This document shows positions 30,824-32,016 of a stretch of 32,016 nucleotides of DNA, one piece after another. The stretch covers positions 1-32,016 of the forward strand of contig JBGPOG010000001.1 of the NCBI GenBank assembly GCA_041487935.1. The letters run 5' to 3'. Position numbers and translations under genes: made by a program. Each line of letters begins with the position of its first letter. Position 1 is the first letter of the stretch. The notes under the pieces were generated by a model. The model saw only the letters and a list, made by a program, of their open reading frames with translations. It was not told where the DNA came from and searched no databases. This stretch comes from Chthonomonadia bacterium. Lineage in GTDB: Bacteria; Armatimonadota; Chthonomonadetes; Chthonomonadales; CAJBBX01.

Positions 30824-32016
30824 ATGCGCTATTGCCTCTGTACTCTAGGTATCGCTGCATTCGCCCTTGGGATTGGTCCGCGCGCACGAAGCGCTCCCGT
30901 TCCCGACAAGCAGCCCCCTGCTTCACCGCTCATCCGCGCACTGCTCGCTAACGACGTCGGCACGGCCAAAGCGCTCATCGAGAAGGGCGCGGACCCGAAT
31001 GCGCGGGACTCCCAGGGTTCTTCGGCCCTCATGGACGCGATCGGAATCCGGCAGAAAGACCTCGCCCGCGCGCTCCTCGCAAGGGGAGCCCGCGTGAACG
31101 ATAAGGACCGCGCGGGCATGACGGCGATCAACCTCGCCAGCTTCCTCAAGGAGCCGGAGATCGTCCGGATGCTGCTCGAGCGCAAGGCCGATCCCAACAT
31201 CCGCACGTCGCGCGGGGACTCCACCGCCGTGACGAGCGCGGCTTCGGCCGGGTCGGTTGAAATATTGAGCGCGCTGCTCGCACACGGAGGCGACATCAAC
31301 GCGACAGGACGACGAAACGATTCCTTGCTGCTGACGGCGCTGCGCAAGGGAAACATGCCGATGGTCGATTTCCTTCTCGACCGTCACGCCGACGCCAACT
31401 CCGTGAACAAGGATGGCGAAACGCCGCTGATGCTCGCCGCCGCAATGGGAAAATCGGAACTGGTCATCCGGCTACTTTCCGCCGGGGCCAATGCGCGGGC
31501 TGTCGATCTCGACGGCCGGACGCCGCTAATGTTCGCCGCGATGGTTGGCTCGGAACGCTGCCTCCGTAGCCTGATCGAATCCGGTGTGAATGTGCTGGCA
31601 AAAGACTCGTCCGGCAGATCGGCGTTGATGGCTGTCCGAGGGGCCGACCCGGGCGCCTGCATCGAAGCGTTCAAGTCGAAAGGGCTCGACTTGAACGCGC
31701 GCGACAAATTCGGGTGTACGGCGCTCATTCAGGCCGCAAAGCGGGGCGATCTGCCGTCCGTTAAGGCGCTCCTGCAGCAGGGGGCCGACGCGGCGATCAA
31801 GGACGCCCGGGGCCGCACGGCGCTGGCGAGGGCTCGGGCCCTCGGGAATACCGCGATAGTGAAGGAGCTTGGAGAAAAGGACTCCGGCGGCGATTCGGCT
31901 GACGCGGCCCGAACGGCCCTCCTGAGAGAGACGGTGCGGAACAGCGTCCGTCTCCTGGAGAGCAGCGCAACGAGGTTCCGCGAGAACGTGGGAGGAACCT
32001 GCTTCTCGTGCCATAA
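30824..32016 (+). CDS. Ankyrin-repeat protein with an N-terminal signal-like segment, truncated by the window end at a CXXCH motif
   Basis: It is absent from the supplied ORF track because it has no stop inside the window. My manual translation from the ATG at 30824 is open for 397 codons. It begins MRYCLCTLGIAAFALGIGP... and continues with repeated ANK consensus blocks (G.DPNARD..G.SALM.A, GARVNDKDRAGMTAINLA, DANSVNKDGETPLMLAA, ANARAVDLDGRTPLMFAA, LNARDKFGCTALIQAAKRGD, GADAAIKDARGRTALARA). It ends ...RENVGGTCFSCH at 32000-32014. The minus-strand ORFs listed for this region are shadows. Confidence 0.8.
   Translation, partial: MRYCLCTLGIAAFALGIGPRARSAPVPDKQPPASPLIRALLANDVGTAKALIEKGADPNARDSQGSSALMDAIGIRQKDLARALLARGARVNDKDRAGMTAINLASFLKEPEIVRMLLERKADPNIRTSRGDSTAVTSAASAGSVEILSALLAHGGDINATGRRNDSLLLTALRKGNMPMVDFLLDRHADANSVNKDGETPLMLAAAMGKSELVIRLLSAGANARAVDLDGRTPLMFAAMVGSERCLRSLIESGVNVLAKDSSGRSALMAVRGADPGACIEAFKSKGLDLNARDKFGCTALIQAAKRGDLPSVKALLQQGADAAIKDARGRTALARARALGNTAIVKELGEKDSGGDSADAARTALLRETVRNSVRLLESSATRFRENVGGTCFSCH

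Noticed and set aside
30829-32014. Four minus-strand ORFs (30829-31356, 30923-31387, 31384-31728, 31526-32014)
   Set aside because: They are Arg/Ser/Ala-rich, mutually overlapping and without motifs. The plus-strand frame from 30824 encodes clean ankyrin repeats with no stop, so these are shadows of that gene.
1-32016. Search by eye for tRNA, rRNA, tmRNA, riboswitch, transposase, integrase and prophage genes
   Set aside because: I saw no cloverleaf-like or rRNA-like sequence in the intergenic regions, and no recombinase or phage structural motif in any frame. Covariance-model and profile scans would be needed to exclude small ncRNAs.

Overview
This is a 32 kb chromosomal window, roughly 58-60% GC by eye, from an FtsZ/FtsA-containing bacterium. 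The gene content suggests a soil-type Acidobacteriota, Armatimonadota or PVC-like lineage: a TAT-signal TIM-barrel protein, a GH9 with CBM modules, a BNR propeller, GT4+GH130, and an ankyrin protein with a CXXCH motif. Phylum cannot be fixed from sequence alone.

Most of the window is tightly packed housekeeping and carbohydrate genes:
- M20 peptidase
- SDR oxidoreductase
- SorC-type regulator translationally coupled to pgi
- BNR/Asp-box propeller
- ftsA-ftsZ
- cysteine desulfurase plus [2Fe-2S] ferredoxin
- GT4 fused to an (alpha/alpha)6-like domain, coupled to a GH130 phosphorylase-like gene
- TAT-exported xylose-isomerase-like TIM barrel
- DAHP synthase coupled to hisC
- large CBM-CBM-Ig-GH9 glycosidase
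- SAM methyltransferase

The standout is a three-gene, translationally coupled cassette at 2947-7821. It encodes an ECF-like sigma factor, an XRE-like HTH protein, and a 1164-aa fusion of an ImmA/IrrE HEXXH metalloprotease, a complete UvrD-type SF1 helicase and a Cas4/AddB-type Fe-S PD-(D/E)XK nuclease. I read it as a candidate DNA-sensing, protease-gated transcriptional or defence switch, and I cannot match it to a characterised system. Inside that gene, in the protease-helicase linker, is a 4+4 inverted array of GACGATN heptamers.

Other notable points:
- An intact MNT antitoxin-like gene sits next to a HEPN/DUF86 toxin gene killed by a TAG nonsense codon plus a 1-nt deletion. The pair lies in an AT-richer islet next to ftsZ.
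- An orphan AbiEii-like nucleotidyltransferase.
- An ankyrin-repeat ORF that runs off the window end at a CXXCH motif and is missing from the supplied ORF track.
- Active-site oddities in the DAHP synthase (KPCT instead of KPRT) and the GH9 (SAGD instead of DAGD).

I recognised no rRNA, tRNA, CRISPR array, transposase or integrase.
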